Shown: one piece after another, positions 16,850 to 25,763 of the stretch
How the letters are laid out: every line of letters starts with the position of its first letter
Position numbering within the stretch: position 1 is the stretch's first letter
The notes under the pieces: generated by a model
What the model saw: only the letters and a program-made list of their open reading frames with translations
The model's database searches: none
What the model was told of the DNA's origin: nothing
IMG/VR virus record: IMGVR_UViG_3300027770_001980
Location: 62,001-126,000 of that record
Length of the DNA stretch: 64,000 nucleotides
Strand: one strand, 5' to 3'
Program-made: the position numbers and the translations under genes

Positions 16850-17457
16850 TGCGTATCAATGAACTACTTGAAAGTGCAGGTGATTTACCAAGCGATCCCG
16901 GTCCTAGAGAATTTATTAGTAATAAATTTCATGTTAAATTTACCAACGATGCTCTTTTAGTTTACGATGGCGGTGAACTTGTTTATAAAAGGCCAGGAAA
17001 TTTCTCAAACCCAACTAGGCAAAATGCGTCAAATGCAAAAGGTGTCACTAATACCCTGTGGAGGGCTAAACACGATCCAGCATATAAAAATCTAGCCAGT
17101 TCTCCTTACTTGGTTATAAAACCAAGTGACGTTCATAAAGCAGCCGACAAAAAAGGTATACCGTGGGATAAAGATAGGAAATTTTTTAATTTATCAAAAA
17201 AACTAACAGGTAAAGGTCATTTAGATAACATGACCCCAGAAGAACTTAGAATAATGTTTGATTACTTAACTAAGATAAAAGTTAGAGAAAACTTTGCTGA
17301 CGGTCGGCATCCTGAGGATAAGGGCGACTCAAAGCGTTATCATGTTCCTACCAAAGGTAGTGTCAGTAGTTTGAGAAAGTTTGCTAAAAATCATTCAGGT
17401 CGGGCAGCACAATTGGCACACTGGGCTGCCAATATGAAAGCAGGTAAAAAGAAATAA
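16849..17457 (+). CDS. Hypothetical modular protein with CTS-like N-terminus (MRINEL)
   Basis: Start refined to the ATG overlapping the previous TAA (TAATG at 16847-16851); C-terminal module begins VRE-NFADG. Confidence 0.65.
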   Translation: MRINELLESAGDLPSDPGPREFISNKFHVKFTNDALLVYDGGELVYKRPGNFSNPTRQNASNAKGVTNTLWRAKHDPAYKNLASSPYLVIKPSDVHKAADKKGIPWDKDRKFFNLSKKLTGKGHLDNMTPEELRIMFDYLTKIKVRENFADGRHPEDKGDSKRYHVPTKGSVSSLRKFAKNHSGRAAQLAHWAANMKAGKKK

Positions 17458-17999
17458 TGTTTAATTTTATAAAATATGTAGTTGAAGGCAAAGAGATCAA
17501 AACACTCGAACAAGTGAAGTTATCCTATGCCCGTGATGCTCTGGAACCTGTACTAAGTGAAGATGCTATAGATTATCATTATGGCAAACTATATAAAACT
17601 TATGTTAATCGCTACAACAATGGCGAAGGTGATCCAGACTTCAACGAAGCCGGTGCATTCTTACACAGTATGTATTTTCCACAATTACAAGTTCCAGACG
17701 AAACCAATGATCCATTCGGTGCATCTAAAGAGTTTATTGATCAACATTGGAAATCATTTGAAAACTTTAAAGAAGAATTTACCAAAGTTGCTATGGCCAT
17801 ACAAGGTAGCGGATGGGTCTATCTTGCTCGTAATGGTGAGATCAAAACCATTGTCAATCACCAAATCAAGAATGATATCATACTGCTGATAGATTGGTGG
17901 GAGCATGCCTTTAATATCGATTATCTTGCAGACAAGAAAGGTTATCTAACTAACCATTGGAAAATCATCAACTGGAATTTAATTAACGAGAGATTATAA
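17457..17999 (+). CDS. sod: Fe/Mn superoxide dismutase (compact)
   Basis: DALEP, YHYGKLYKTY, FLH, QGSGW and DWWEHA; the four metal ligands (H, H, D, H) are present. Confidence 0.88.
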   Translation: MFNFIKYVVEGKEIKTLEQVKLSYARDALEPVLSEDAIDYHYGKLYKTYVNRYNNGEGDPDFNEAGAFLHSMYFPQLQVPDETNDPFGASKEFIDQHWKSFENFKEEFTKVAMAIQGSGWVYLARNGEIKTIVNHQIKNDIILLIDWWEHAFNIDYLADKKGYLTNHWKIINWNLINERL

Positions 18000-18007
18000 A
18001 ATAACCA

Positions 18008-18036
18008 TTGACACCGCTCCTTGTTTAGTATATACT
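18008..18036 (+). promoter_or_regulatory. sigma70-type promoter upstream of the replication block
   Basis: TTGACA (18008-18013), 17 bp, TATACT (18031-18036). Confidence 0.75.
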
Positions 18037-18056
18037 TACTTACAAGGAGATTTTTT

Positions 18057-18329
18057 ATGGGCAAAGCATTTGGAGAGCCTGAACAGGCTAAAATTAAACA
18101 GATAGTAGCAGAAGGAATTACAGTTCTGCAGGAAATTCAGGATCTTACAGAAGGATTAAAGGAAACTATTGCCGCAGTAGCAGAGGAACTCGAGGTTAAG
18201 CCCAGTGTAATCAAAAAAGCAATACGCATTGCACAAAAAGATCAATGGGATCAAGTTTGGAAAGAGTTTGATGATTTAGAAACAATCGTGGATATCTCCG
18301 GACATTCACATCGCCGCACTGATGAATGA
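18057..18329 (+). CDS. Small coiled-coil DNA-binding protein (T4 DsbA/GapR-like)
   Basis: Start refined to ATG 18057 after AAGGAG; helical pattern EIQDLTEGLKETIAAVAEELEVKPSVIKKAIRIA. Confidence 0.5.
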   Translation: MGKAFGEPEQAKIKQIVAEGITVLQEIQDLTEGLKETIAAVAEELEVKPSVIKKAIRIAQKDQWDQVWKEFDDLETIVDISGHSHRRTDE

Positions 18330-18615
18330 GATCTTCAAAAATGTCGCTGAATGGATCAGGAAAGATTATAAAGTTTACCCTTTACGTTTTATCCTGGAGA
18401 CTACGGCTTGGGCGATTAGCATCGGATGTAGTGTTACTATGGCACTCACTGTACCTACACCGCCTCTTATTATCCTGTATCCTATTTTTATTAGCCAGTG
18501 CTGTATATACGCTTGGGCTGCTCACAGCCGTCGATCTTTTGGTATGCTGGCTAACTACGCATTGTTAGTCACTATCGATAGCGTGGGCTTGTTCAGGATG
18601 CTAAATAATTTATGA
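18322..18615 (+). CDS. Small multi-pass membrane protein
   Basis: 97 aa with three hydrophobic segments. Confidence 0.65.
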   Translation: MNEIFKNVAEWIRKDYKVYPLRFILETTAWAISIGCSVTMALTVPTPPLIILYPIFISQCCIYAWAAHSRRSFGMLANYALLVTIDSVGLFRMLNNL

Positions 18616-18624
18616 GTAAGGTCG

Positions 18625-18679
18625 GATCAGCCATAATTGATCACAAAGACGGTCAGTGAGCCATAAAATCACGAGGAGG
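18625..18679 (+). promoter_or_regulatory. Tandem hairpins with shared GCCATAA loop directly before the polymerase SD (putative translational operator)
   Basis: GATCA-GCCATAAT-TGATC (18625-18642) and GTGA-GCCATAAAA-TCAC (18656-18672), then GAGGAGG (18673-18679). Confidence 0.5.
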
Positions 18680-18686
18680 AAAATAT

Positions 18687-21356
18687 ATGTCATATGTTGA
18701 CGCAATGTGGGATCGCGACAAAGATGTCGTTAAAGTCGTTGAACGCGATCCAAAAAAAGGAAGAATATTTCAGGAATATCCTGCCAAATATATCTTTTAT
18801 TATCTTGACCCCAAGGGCAAGTATAAATCAATCCACGGTGAAAGTCTTAGTAAAGTCACTTGTAGAAATAACAAGGACTTCCAGAAAGAACTCCGTATCC
18901 ATGGCGATCGTAAACTTTACGAAAGCGATATCAAACCAGCATTCCGCTGTTTAGAAGATAACTATCTCGGTGCAGATGCACCCAAACTTCATGTGGCGTT
19001 TTTCGACATTGAGGTGGACTTTGATCCCGAGCGTGGCTATAGCACCCCAGAAGATGCTTTCATGCCAATCACTGCGATCGCTGTTCACCTACAATGGTTA
19101 GACACACTGGTATGTTTTGCTGTTCCACCGAAGACGCTGACAATGGAACAAGCCAAGGAACAAGTCAAAGACTTTCCTAATACTATATTGTTTGAAACAG
19201 AAGCGGAAATGTTAGATGCATTTCTAAATCTAATTGAAGATGCTGATGTATTAAGCGGATGGAATAGTGAAGGATTTGATATTCCTTACACAGTTAATCG
19301 TGTTACCAAAGTATTAAGCAAAGAAGATACACGCAGATTTTGCTTGTGGGATCAATTTCCAAAGAAGAGAGAATATGAGAAATATGGGAAACAGGCTATT
19401 ACTTATGATCTTATTGGTCGCGTTCATTTGGACAGTCTCGAACTGTACCGGAAATATACATACGAGGAACGCCACACCTATAGGCTCGATGCCATCGGAG
19501 AGATGGAGATAGGTGAGAGCAAGACTGTATACGAAGGCACACTTGATCAACTATACAACAAAGACTTCCGCAAGTTTATCGAATACAATAGGCAAGATAC
19601 TGCTCTATTGGACAAGTTAGATAAGAAACTAAAATTCCTGGATCTTGCCAACACACTGGCACATGAATGTACCGTGTTGCTACAGACTACAATGGGTGCT
19701 GTGGCCGTGACGGAACAGGCTATCGTTAATGAAGCACATCACCGTGGACTTATCGTTCCGAGCCGTTTAAAGCGTGATGAAAATGATAACAATCAAGCGG
19801 CAGGTGCTTATGTAGCATATCCTAAAAAAGGTCTACATGACTGGATTGGTAGTATAGATATTAACAGTCTATATCCCAGTGCTATTCGTGCGTTGAATAT
19901 GGGTCCGGAAACAATTGTCGGACAATTAAAACAAACCAACACCGATCAGTTTATCCATGAGCAAATGGTATTGCATAAGAAATCATTTGCGGCTGCGTGG
20001 GAGAACAAATTTGGTAGTGAAGAATACGAAGCAGTGATGCGACAGGATCGTGCTTATGAAGTCACAATTGATTGGGAAAACGGTGAACAGGATATCCTAA
20101 GTGCAGCGGAAGCATATAGACTAATTTATGAAAGTCATAAGCCCTGGATGTTGAGTGCTAATGGTACTATCTTTACACACGAAACAGAAGGTATTATTCC
20201 GGGTTTGCTGGCTCGCTGGTATAGTGAGCGTAAGGATATGCAGAAGAAACTTAAAGCGGCAATTGATGCTGGCAATAAGGTCGAAGAGGAATATTGGGAT
20301 AAACGACAACTGGTCAAGAAGATTAACTTGAACAGTCTGTATGGTGCTATCTTGAATCCGGGTTGCAGATTCTTTGACAAGCGTATCGGACAATCAACTA
20401 CATTAGTAGGTAGACAGATCGCCCGTCATATGGCAGGTAAAGTAAATGAGATCATCACAGGTGAGTTTGACCATGTTGGAAAAGCCATCATCTACGGTGA
20501 CACTGATAGTTGTTATTTTTCCGCATATAACTCTTTGAAGGTTGATATCCAAAAGAAACTTATTCCTTGGGATAAGGATGTGGTGATACAACTGTACGAT
20601 AACATTGCAGATACTGTCAATGATACTTTTCCACAGTTCATGTTAGATGCTTTCCACTGTCCAAAGAGTCGTGGTGCTGTTATCAAAGGTGGGCGTGAAA
20701 TTGTTGCCAGCAAAGGACTGTTCATTACCAAGAAGCGTTATGCTGTATTGTACTATGACAAGGATGGCAAGAGATACGATAGCGAAACTAAACCCGGTAA
20801 GATCAAGGCCATGGGCTTGGATTTGAAGCGTAGCGATACCCCGGAATTTATGCAGAACTTCTTGAGTGAGGTTTTGAATAAAGTGCTGAACGGTTCAGAG
20901 GAAGCAGAGATTTTAGATATGATCAATGAGTTCCGAATCGAATTCAAAGCAAGACCAGGGTGGGAGAAGGGTAGTCCAAAAAGAGCAAATAACATTGCCG
21001 AATACGACGCTGAAGAAAAGAAGAAAGGCAAAACTAATATGCCTGGACATGTCCGTGCCAGTATCAATTGGAATACTCTTAAACGCATGAACGGTGACAA
21101 ATACAGCACCAACATCGTTGATGGTATGAAAGTTATCGTATGTAAGATGAAGGAAAATCCACTTGGGTATACCAGCGTAGCGTATCCGGTCGATGAACTT
21201 CGTTTACCTAAGTGGTTCCAAGAACTACCATTTGATCATGCTGAAATGGAACATGTTATCATCAATAACAAACTGGATAACCTTATCGGTGTTCTGGAAT
21301 GGGATCTCGAATCCACTACACAAACAAATACATTTAATTCGTTATTCAGTTTTTGA
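18687..21356 (+). CDS. Family B DNA polymerase (T4 gp43-like) with 3'-5' exonuclease
   Basis: Exo motifs FFDIEV, GWNSEGFD, YNRQD; Pol motifs DINSLYPS, KINLNSLYG, YGDTDS, KKRY; C-terminal NSLFSF resembles a clamp-binding peptide; no intein-sized insertion. Confidence 0.97.
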   Translation: MSYVDAMWDRDKDVVKVVERDPKKGRIFQEYPAKYIFYYLDPKGKYKSIHGESLSKVTCRNNKDFQKELRIHGDRKLYESDIKPAFRCLEDNYLGADAPKLHVAFFDIEVDFDPERGYSTPEDAFMPITAIAVHLQWLDTLVCFAVPPKTLTMEQAKEQVKDFPNTILFETEAEMLDAFLNLIEDADVLSGWNSEGFDIPYTVNRVTKVLSKEDTRRFCLWDQFPKKREYEKYGKQAITYDLIGRVHLDSLELYRKYTYEERHTYRLDAIGEMEIGESKTVYEGTLDQLYNKDFRKFIEYNRQDTALLDKLDKKLKFLDLANTLAHECTVLLQTTMGAVAVTEQAIVNEAHHRGLIVPSRLKRDENDNNQAAGAYVAYPKKGLHDWIGSIDINSLYPSAIRALNMGPETIVGQLKQTNTDQFIHEQMVLHKKSFAAAWENKFGSEEYEAVMRQDRAYEVTIDWENGEQDILSAAEAYRLIYESHKPWMLSANGTIFTHETEGIIPGLLARWYSERKDMQKKLKAAIDAGNKVEEEYWDKRQLVKKINLNSLYGAILNPGCRFFDKRIGQSTTLVGRQIARHMAGKVNEIITGEFDHVGKAIIYGDTDSCYFSAYNSLKVDIQKKLIPWDKDVVIQLYDNIADTVNDTFPQFMLDAFHCPKSRGAVIKGGREIVASKGLFITKKRYAVLYYDKDGKRYDSETKPGKIKAMGLDLKRSDTPEFMQNFLSEVLNKVLNGSEEAEILDMINEFRIEFKARPGWEKGSPKRANNIAEYDAEEKKKGKTNMPGHVRASINWNTLKRMNGDKYSTNIVDGMKVIVCKMKENPLGYTSVAYPVDELRLPKWFQELPFDHAEMEHVIINNKLDNLIGVLEWDLESTTQTNTFNSLFSF

Positions 21357-21368
21357 ATAAAATATTTG

Positions 21369-21397
21369 TTGACTTTTTCTCTAAATCTAAATAAACT
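21369..21397 (+). promoter_or_regulatory. Putative sigma70-type promoter
   Basis: TTGACT (21369-21374), 17 bp, TAAACT (21392-21397). Confidence 0.5.
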
Positions 21398-21415
21398 AAC
21401 ACAAAGGAAATTATT

Positions 21416-22150
21416 ATGAAATCTATTCTACAAGACATCGTTGCACACACAAACAAATTGGGCTTTCTTAACATCGTTAAAGTCACAGGCACAGATGAAA
21501 AAACTCTAATCGACAGCATGGCAGATGACCGTAGCGTTATCATGTATGCAGAAACTGCTAACCCACACGCAGACATGATCGGTACATATGGCATGCCGCA
21601 ACTTGAAAAACTACGCTATCTTTTAGATGGTAAGGAATATCAAGATGGTGCTAAGATCGAAGTAGTCACTGCTGAACGCAATGGCGAAACTGTTCCAGTT
21701 GGTCTCCACTTTGAAAACAAAGACGGCGACTTCAAGAATGACTATCGCTTTATGAATCAAGACATTATCAATGAGAAATTGAAAACTGTCAAGTTCCGTG
21801 GCGTCAAGTGGGATGTTGAAGTTGAGCCCACAGTAAATGCTATCCAGCGTTTCCAATTCCAAGCAGGTGCCAACACTGAACATACAACTTTCTTAGCCAA
21901 GACAGATGGCGGCAATTTGAAGTTTACATTTGGCGATGTCAGCAGTCACGGTGGTGAATTTATTTTCTCAACTGGTGTCACAGGAAATCTAAATAAAGGA
22001 TGGACTTGGCCAGTAAACAATGTGTTGAGTATTTTGAAAATCGCAGATGCCAATAACGCAAAGATCAGTTTCAGCAACGAAGGTGCTATGCAGATCACTT
22101 TAGACAGCGGCATTGCCACTTACAAGTATATCATTCCAGCACAAGCATGA
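21416..22150 (+). CDS. Probable DNA polymerase sliding clamp (gp45-like)
   Basis: 244 aa directly after polB; beta-rich, size fits a clamp; C-terminal GAMQITLDSGIATYKYIIPA typical of clamp-fold ends; inferred mostly from context. Confidence 0.6.
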   Translation: MKSILQDIVAHTNKLGFLNIVKVTGTDEKTLIDSMADDRSVIMYAETANPHADMIGTYGMPQLEKLRYLLDGKEYQDGAKIEVVTAERNGETVPVGLHFENKDGDFKNDYRFMNQDIINEKLKTVKFRGVKWDVEVEPTVNAIQRFQFQAGANTEHTTFLAKTDGGNLKFTFGDVSSHGGEFIFSTGVTGNLNKGWTWPVNNVLSILKIADANNAKISFSNEGAMQITLDSGIATYKYIIPAQA

Positions 22151-22521
22151 TAAAGAATGTGTATAGTAGTGGACCATATTTGACGGCTCACAATAACAAT
22201 GCCAGCAACTATGTGAACAACTTTAGCGGAGCACAGGGGCTGGGTAACATGCGATTCAACACCACAACTCAAAGCATAGAAGTGTATGATGGACAGATGT
22301 GGCAACCTTTCCGAATGAGTGATATCGATGTGAGTCTAACACCAGATGCTGTAGATGCCATTGGTTGGGTAAATCAAAAGCGTGTAGAAGAACTTGCAAT
22401 GGAGGCATTAGCATCAACCAATACCGCCGTGAAAATCGCTTTGGACAATTTAAAGAAAGCAAAAGAACAATTAGATGTTACAATAATACTAAGCAAAGAA
22501 CACAATGAATCCACCAGTTAA
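22147..22521 (+). CDS. Hypothetical protein
   Basis: 124 aa, ATGA-coupled; C-terminal coiled coil. Confidence 0.65.
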   Translation: MIKNVYSSGPYLTAHNNNASNYVNNFSGAQGLGNMRFNTTTQSIEVYDGQMWQPFRMSDIDVSLTPDAVDAIGWVNQKRVEELAMEALASTNTAVKIALDNLKKAKEQLDVTIILSKEHNESTS

Positions 22522-24058
22522 CCTGTCACCATTTCAAAGAGACTATGCTGTCTATTTGCCAGCAATCAGCAGTTTCTACAGCACATACATCGCTAAACAA
22601 AGATTAGATGATTTCGTTCCTAAGGATCGTATCCCTAAAGGATTTGATCGTGGTATCGAAGGTATGAACTTCTTAAACGAAGAACAAGGATACTTTACCT
22701 ACAAGTATGGTCTATACTCTGCAGGTCATGCACAGTTAGATATCCAAAAGAGTCTGATACAGGAAAGTATGATACACGGTCGTGATCATGCCAACACTAT
22801 GATATTAGGTGATTCAGGTGGATACCAAATTGGTAAGGGTATTCTCAAATTTGATTGGTTAGACTTTGAAGGCAAGGCAGCAAACAAAACTCGTGATGAT
22901 ATTATCGCTTGGTTAGAACTAACTGCCGATTGGTCAATGATGTTGGATGTGCCTATCTGGGCCTGTGATAAGAACAATCAAGCAAGAACTGGTTTAACAA
23001 GCCCAGAAGATTGTTTACAGAAAACTCGTTTCAATAACGAATACTTCTTGAAGAATCGAATGGGTAAGACCAAGTGGTTGAATGTGTTACAAGGCAGTGA
23101 TTGGCATAGCGCACAGTCTTGGTATGAAGGTGTTAAAGAATTTAGTGACCCTGCTGTATGGGGAGATAAGGCAGCAGAGGGTTGGGCAATGGGTGGTGTT
23201 AATATGAGTAAGATGGACATCACTTTAAAGCGTTTGATGATCATGCGGGAGGAAGGCATGCTCACAGGCAAGAACTGGATCCACTTCTTGGGTACAGCAC
23301 AGTTAGATTGGGCTTGCTATCTAACTTCAATTCAACGACAAATCAGGAAACATATTAATGAAGAAATTACCATATCTTTTGACTGCGCCTCACCGTTTGT
23401 CGCAACAGCACACGGACTCGTTTACACAAACGCAATCCACACATCGAAAAAGTTCAGTGTTGTTATGGAAAAAGCCCCAGACAACAAAGCACTTGCAGGA
23501 AGCGACATCCCATTCCCATTCGAATCAGAAATTGGCCGCAGACTTGTAATGGGTGATATCTGTCACTATGCTCCAGGCATGTTGAACAAGATCAAGAAAG
23601 AAGGCAAGACATCGTGGGATAGTTTCGCCTACTCATTGTATATGGCACATAATGTCCAATGTCATATTGAAGCTGTACAGAGAGCCAATCACTATGCTGA
23701 CATTGAAAGCACACGATTCAAACCAGACTGGCGTTCGTGGAAGAAACTCAACGCTAAAGAACTATCAAGCGATCAGTTTAGCGAATGGGTTCCACGCAAT
23801 GTATTGTATTTCGATCGCTTTGTTGAAGAATTGTTCGATACTAAAACATTAACAGAAGCAATGGACATGTTAGAGCATCCGACTGCCAAAGCATTCTTGA
23901 TCAGTATCGCAGGTGCTCGTAATACAACCAATGGACAGAACGACAACATGTTTGGCGGGTTGTTTGATGTTGAAGAAGTTACACGAGCAGATGAAGTGGA
24001 TCTGTCCGATGCCAATGACTCTGCATTACAGAAATTAAGTGACGATCTTGGAGAGTAA
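22505..24058 (+). CDS. tRNA-guanine transglycosylase-fold protein, DpdA-like (7-deazaguanine insertion)
   Basis: TGT motifs in order: GDSGGYQ, MLDVP, VLQG, AMGG, HFLGT, SFDCASP; neighbours are QueD-like and QueE genes; canonical CxCxxC zinc cluster not seen. Confidence 0.8.
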   Translation: MNPPVNLSPFQRDYAVYLPAISSFYSTYIAKQRLDDFVPKDRIPKGFDRGIEGMNFLNEEQGYFTYKYGLYSAGHAQLDIQKSLIQESMIHGRDHANTMILGDSGGYQIGKGILKFDWLDFEGKAANKTRDDIIAWLELTADWSMMLDVPIWACDKNNQARTGLTSPEDCLQKTRFNNEYFLKNRMGKTKWLNVLQGSDWHSAQSWYEGVKEFSDPAVWGDKAAEGWAMGGVNMSKMDITLKRLMIMREEGMLTGKNWIHFLGTAQLDWACYLTSIQRQIRKHINEEITISFDCASPFVATAHGLVYTNAIHTSKKFSVVMEKAPDNKALAGSDIPFPFESEIGRRLVMGDICHYAPGMLNKIKKEGKTSWDSFAYSLYMAHNVQCHIEAVQRANHYADIESTRFKPDWRSWKKLNAKELSSDQFSEWVPRNVLYFDRFVEELFDTKTLTEAMDMLEHPTAKAFLISIAGARNTTNGQNDNMFGGLFDVEEVTRADEVDLSDANDSALQKLSDDLGE

Positions 24059-24059
24059 T

Positions 24060-24566
24060 ATGAATAGAGAAGGACACGAAAACGCAGAATTTTTCTACGG
24101 TACAGAAGTAGAACATACACCAGCATTTGGAATGCCCACATTGTTTGTGGTTGGCGTTCAAAAAGAAGAACGGATCGGGCATCGCATAAATGGACGGCGT
24201 CATATCTATTTTGGTGCCAATCAAAGTTTTCCCAATCCAAATATAAATGATGCTGAGGCATGGAAACCCTGGGAAGACATGATTCGATGCTTTCTCGATC
24301 GAGACTATCTATGTACCCTGGATATAGATGTCAAATGCGCTGAAGGATTGTTGGAAAGTGGACTTTGTGAATATCATAATTTCATTCCAATGATTTCGGT
24401 GAAATTGCCCTATTTACAACAGTTGGGATATAATGCTATAATTAAACTTGACGACAAAGACTTCAAGTCAACTAACCCCGGTGTGTGGTGTCACAACCTA
24501 CACAATTTATTAACTCGTGAGACCTTTACAGATTGGTCTAAATATACGAAAGATGAAGTATTATAA
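24060..24566 (+). CDS. Hypothetical protein linked to the DpdA-like gene
   Basis: Start refined to ATG 24060; motifs FFYGTEVEHTPA, HIYFGANQSF, NPGVWCH. Confidence 0.7.
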   Translation: MNREGHENAEFFYGTEVEHTPAFGMPTLFVVGVQKEERIGHRINGRRHIYFGANQSFPNPNINDAEAWKPWEDMIRCFLDRDYLCTLDIDVKCAEGLLESGLCEYHNFIPMISVKLPYLQQLGYNAIIKLDDKDFKSTNPGVWCHNLHNLLTRETFTDWSKYTKDEVL

Positions 24567-25120
24567 TGGTAAAAAGAATTTCAGTTGGAACACAGTTACC
24601 AGAAAAAAGACATGACAATGATCATGGATTTATAGTAGAAGATATAATGGAAGCTCTCGGTAACAAAGTCGATCGAGTTGGGACGGTGGATCTTCCAAAA
24701 TACGACAGAGATATAAAAACTCACGATATTTTTAGTGATGCATCTTGGACTGTAGGATCAATAACTATAGAAAATATGGATCGTCAAAAATGGAAAAATA
24801 CTTCTATATTTAAAAAAGTTCAGGTTCAAGAACAAGTTGAAATTAACACAGTTTTTAATCATGTACAAAAAGCCCGCAAAATAGATATGCGTGATGAAGA
24901 GGTACAAAGAAAATTTAAAGAAGATTATAAACATATTCGAAAAGAAATTCAGGACGGATCATCGTCTAAAAATATAACAGGACCAAACGGATACTTTGTA
25001 GGTGATAGATACGGACATGAAAATTCTGTTAAAATTAGAATACCACATTCTACAATGAAGAAAATTATTAGTATATCTAATACTAAAAAACAACGTAAAA
25101 AATTATTTGAAGAGGTATAA
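24566..25120 (+). CDS. Putative PD-(D/E)XK (MutH/Sau3AI-like) endonuclease, possibly a free-standing homing endonuclease
   Basis: GFIVE...VDLPKYDRDIKT fits E...D-x(n)-[D/E]xK; visibly AT- and Lys-richer than flanking genes. Confidence 0.45.
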   Translation: MVKRISVGTQLPEKRHDNDHGFIVEDIMEALGNKVDRVGTVDLPKYDRDIKTHDIFSDASWTVGSITIENMDRQKWKNTSIFKKVQVQEQVEINTVFNHVQKARKIDMRDEEVQRKFKEDYKHIRKEIQDGSSSKNITGPNGYFVGDRYGHENSVKIRIPHSTMKKIISISNTKKQRKKLFEEV

Positions 25121-25123
25121 CTA

Positions 25124-25510
25124 ATGAACAATGATTTATCAATGATATGGGTGAGATTTCAGAAGGAAGGAATCCATTGCTACCCTGCTGCCGCAACTGA
25201 TCCTATGTTAGCCACAGGCGACGAATATGATGTCAGTTTCCTCGCAACACCACATAGACACATTTTCCATTTTCAAGTCAATATTCAAGTATTTGATGAT
25301 GATCGTGACATTGAATTTATCCAGTTTAAGCGTTGGCTCGAAAAGTGCTATAGCAATGGTACTCTTGAACTCAACCATAAATCTTGTGAAATGATTGCTC
25401 GTGAACTTAATACGACAATCACTGCAAGGTATCCGGGTCGACAGACCCTTATCAGTGTAAGCGAAGACGACGAAAACGGCGCTTCAATTATATTCCGTAA
25501 TCAACCCTAA
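25124..25510 (+). CDS. queD: QueD-like 6-carboxy-tetrahydropterin synthase (T-fold)
   Basis: GIHCY, HRHIFHF, SCEMIA and C-terminal VSEDDENGA resemble the PTPS/QueD fold. Confidence 0.7.
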   Translation: MNNDLSMIWVRFQKEGIHCYPAAATDPMLATGDEYDVSFLATPHRHIFHFQVNIQVFDDDRDIEFIQFKRWLEKCYSNGTLELNHKSCEMIARELNTTITARYPGRQTLISVSEDDENGASIIFRNQP

Positions 25511-25526
25511 TATTAGGAAACACAAA

Positions 25527-25763
25527 ATGGCACAGCCAAACTATATTCAAAAAACCCTTAAAATGAAACCCGAGGTATCTAAGATCTTTGATGATCTTGA
25601 TGCTTGGATAGATCATTGCCGGTTTAATCTTCTTCCCTACAATGAGAAGGATCTTTATCGATCCAATGACTATCGTAGGTTCCAGCAAGAGCAAGAATAT
25701 CTACAACGCAAAGCTCGTCGTGAAGCATCGGGTAAACCCCAACGTGAATATCAGGACCAATAA
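25527..25763 (+). CDS. Hypothetical protein
   Basis: 78-aa ORF with AGGA SD. Confidence 0.65.
   Translation: MAQPNYIQKTLKMKPEVSKIFDDLDAWIDHCRFNLLPYNEKDLYRSNDYRRFQQEQEYLQRKARREASGKPQREYQDQ

Noticed and set aside
17457-17999. SOD as a pseudogene
   Set aside because: The ORF is intact and retains all four metal-ligand positions despite being short.
18687-21356. Intein or intron in the DNA polymerase
   Set aside because: Length and motif spacing fit an uninterrupted family B enzyme; no splicing motifs seen. The same holds for thyA.
22505-24058. Ordinary host-type tRNA tgt
   Set aside because: Longer than bacterial TGT, lacks the zinc-cluster cysteines and sits in the replication block; a tRNA role is not excluded but is less favoured.
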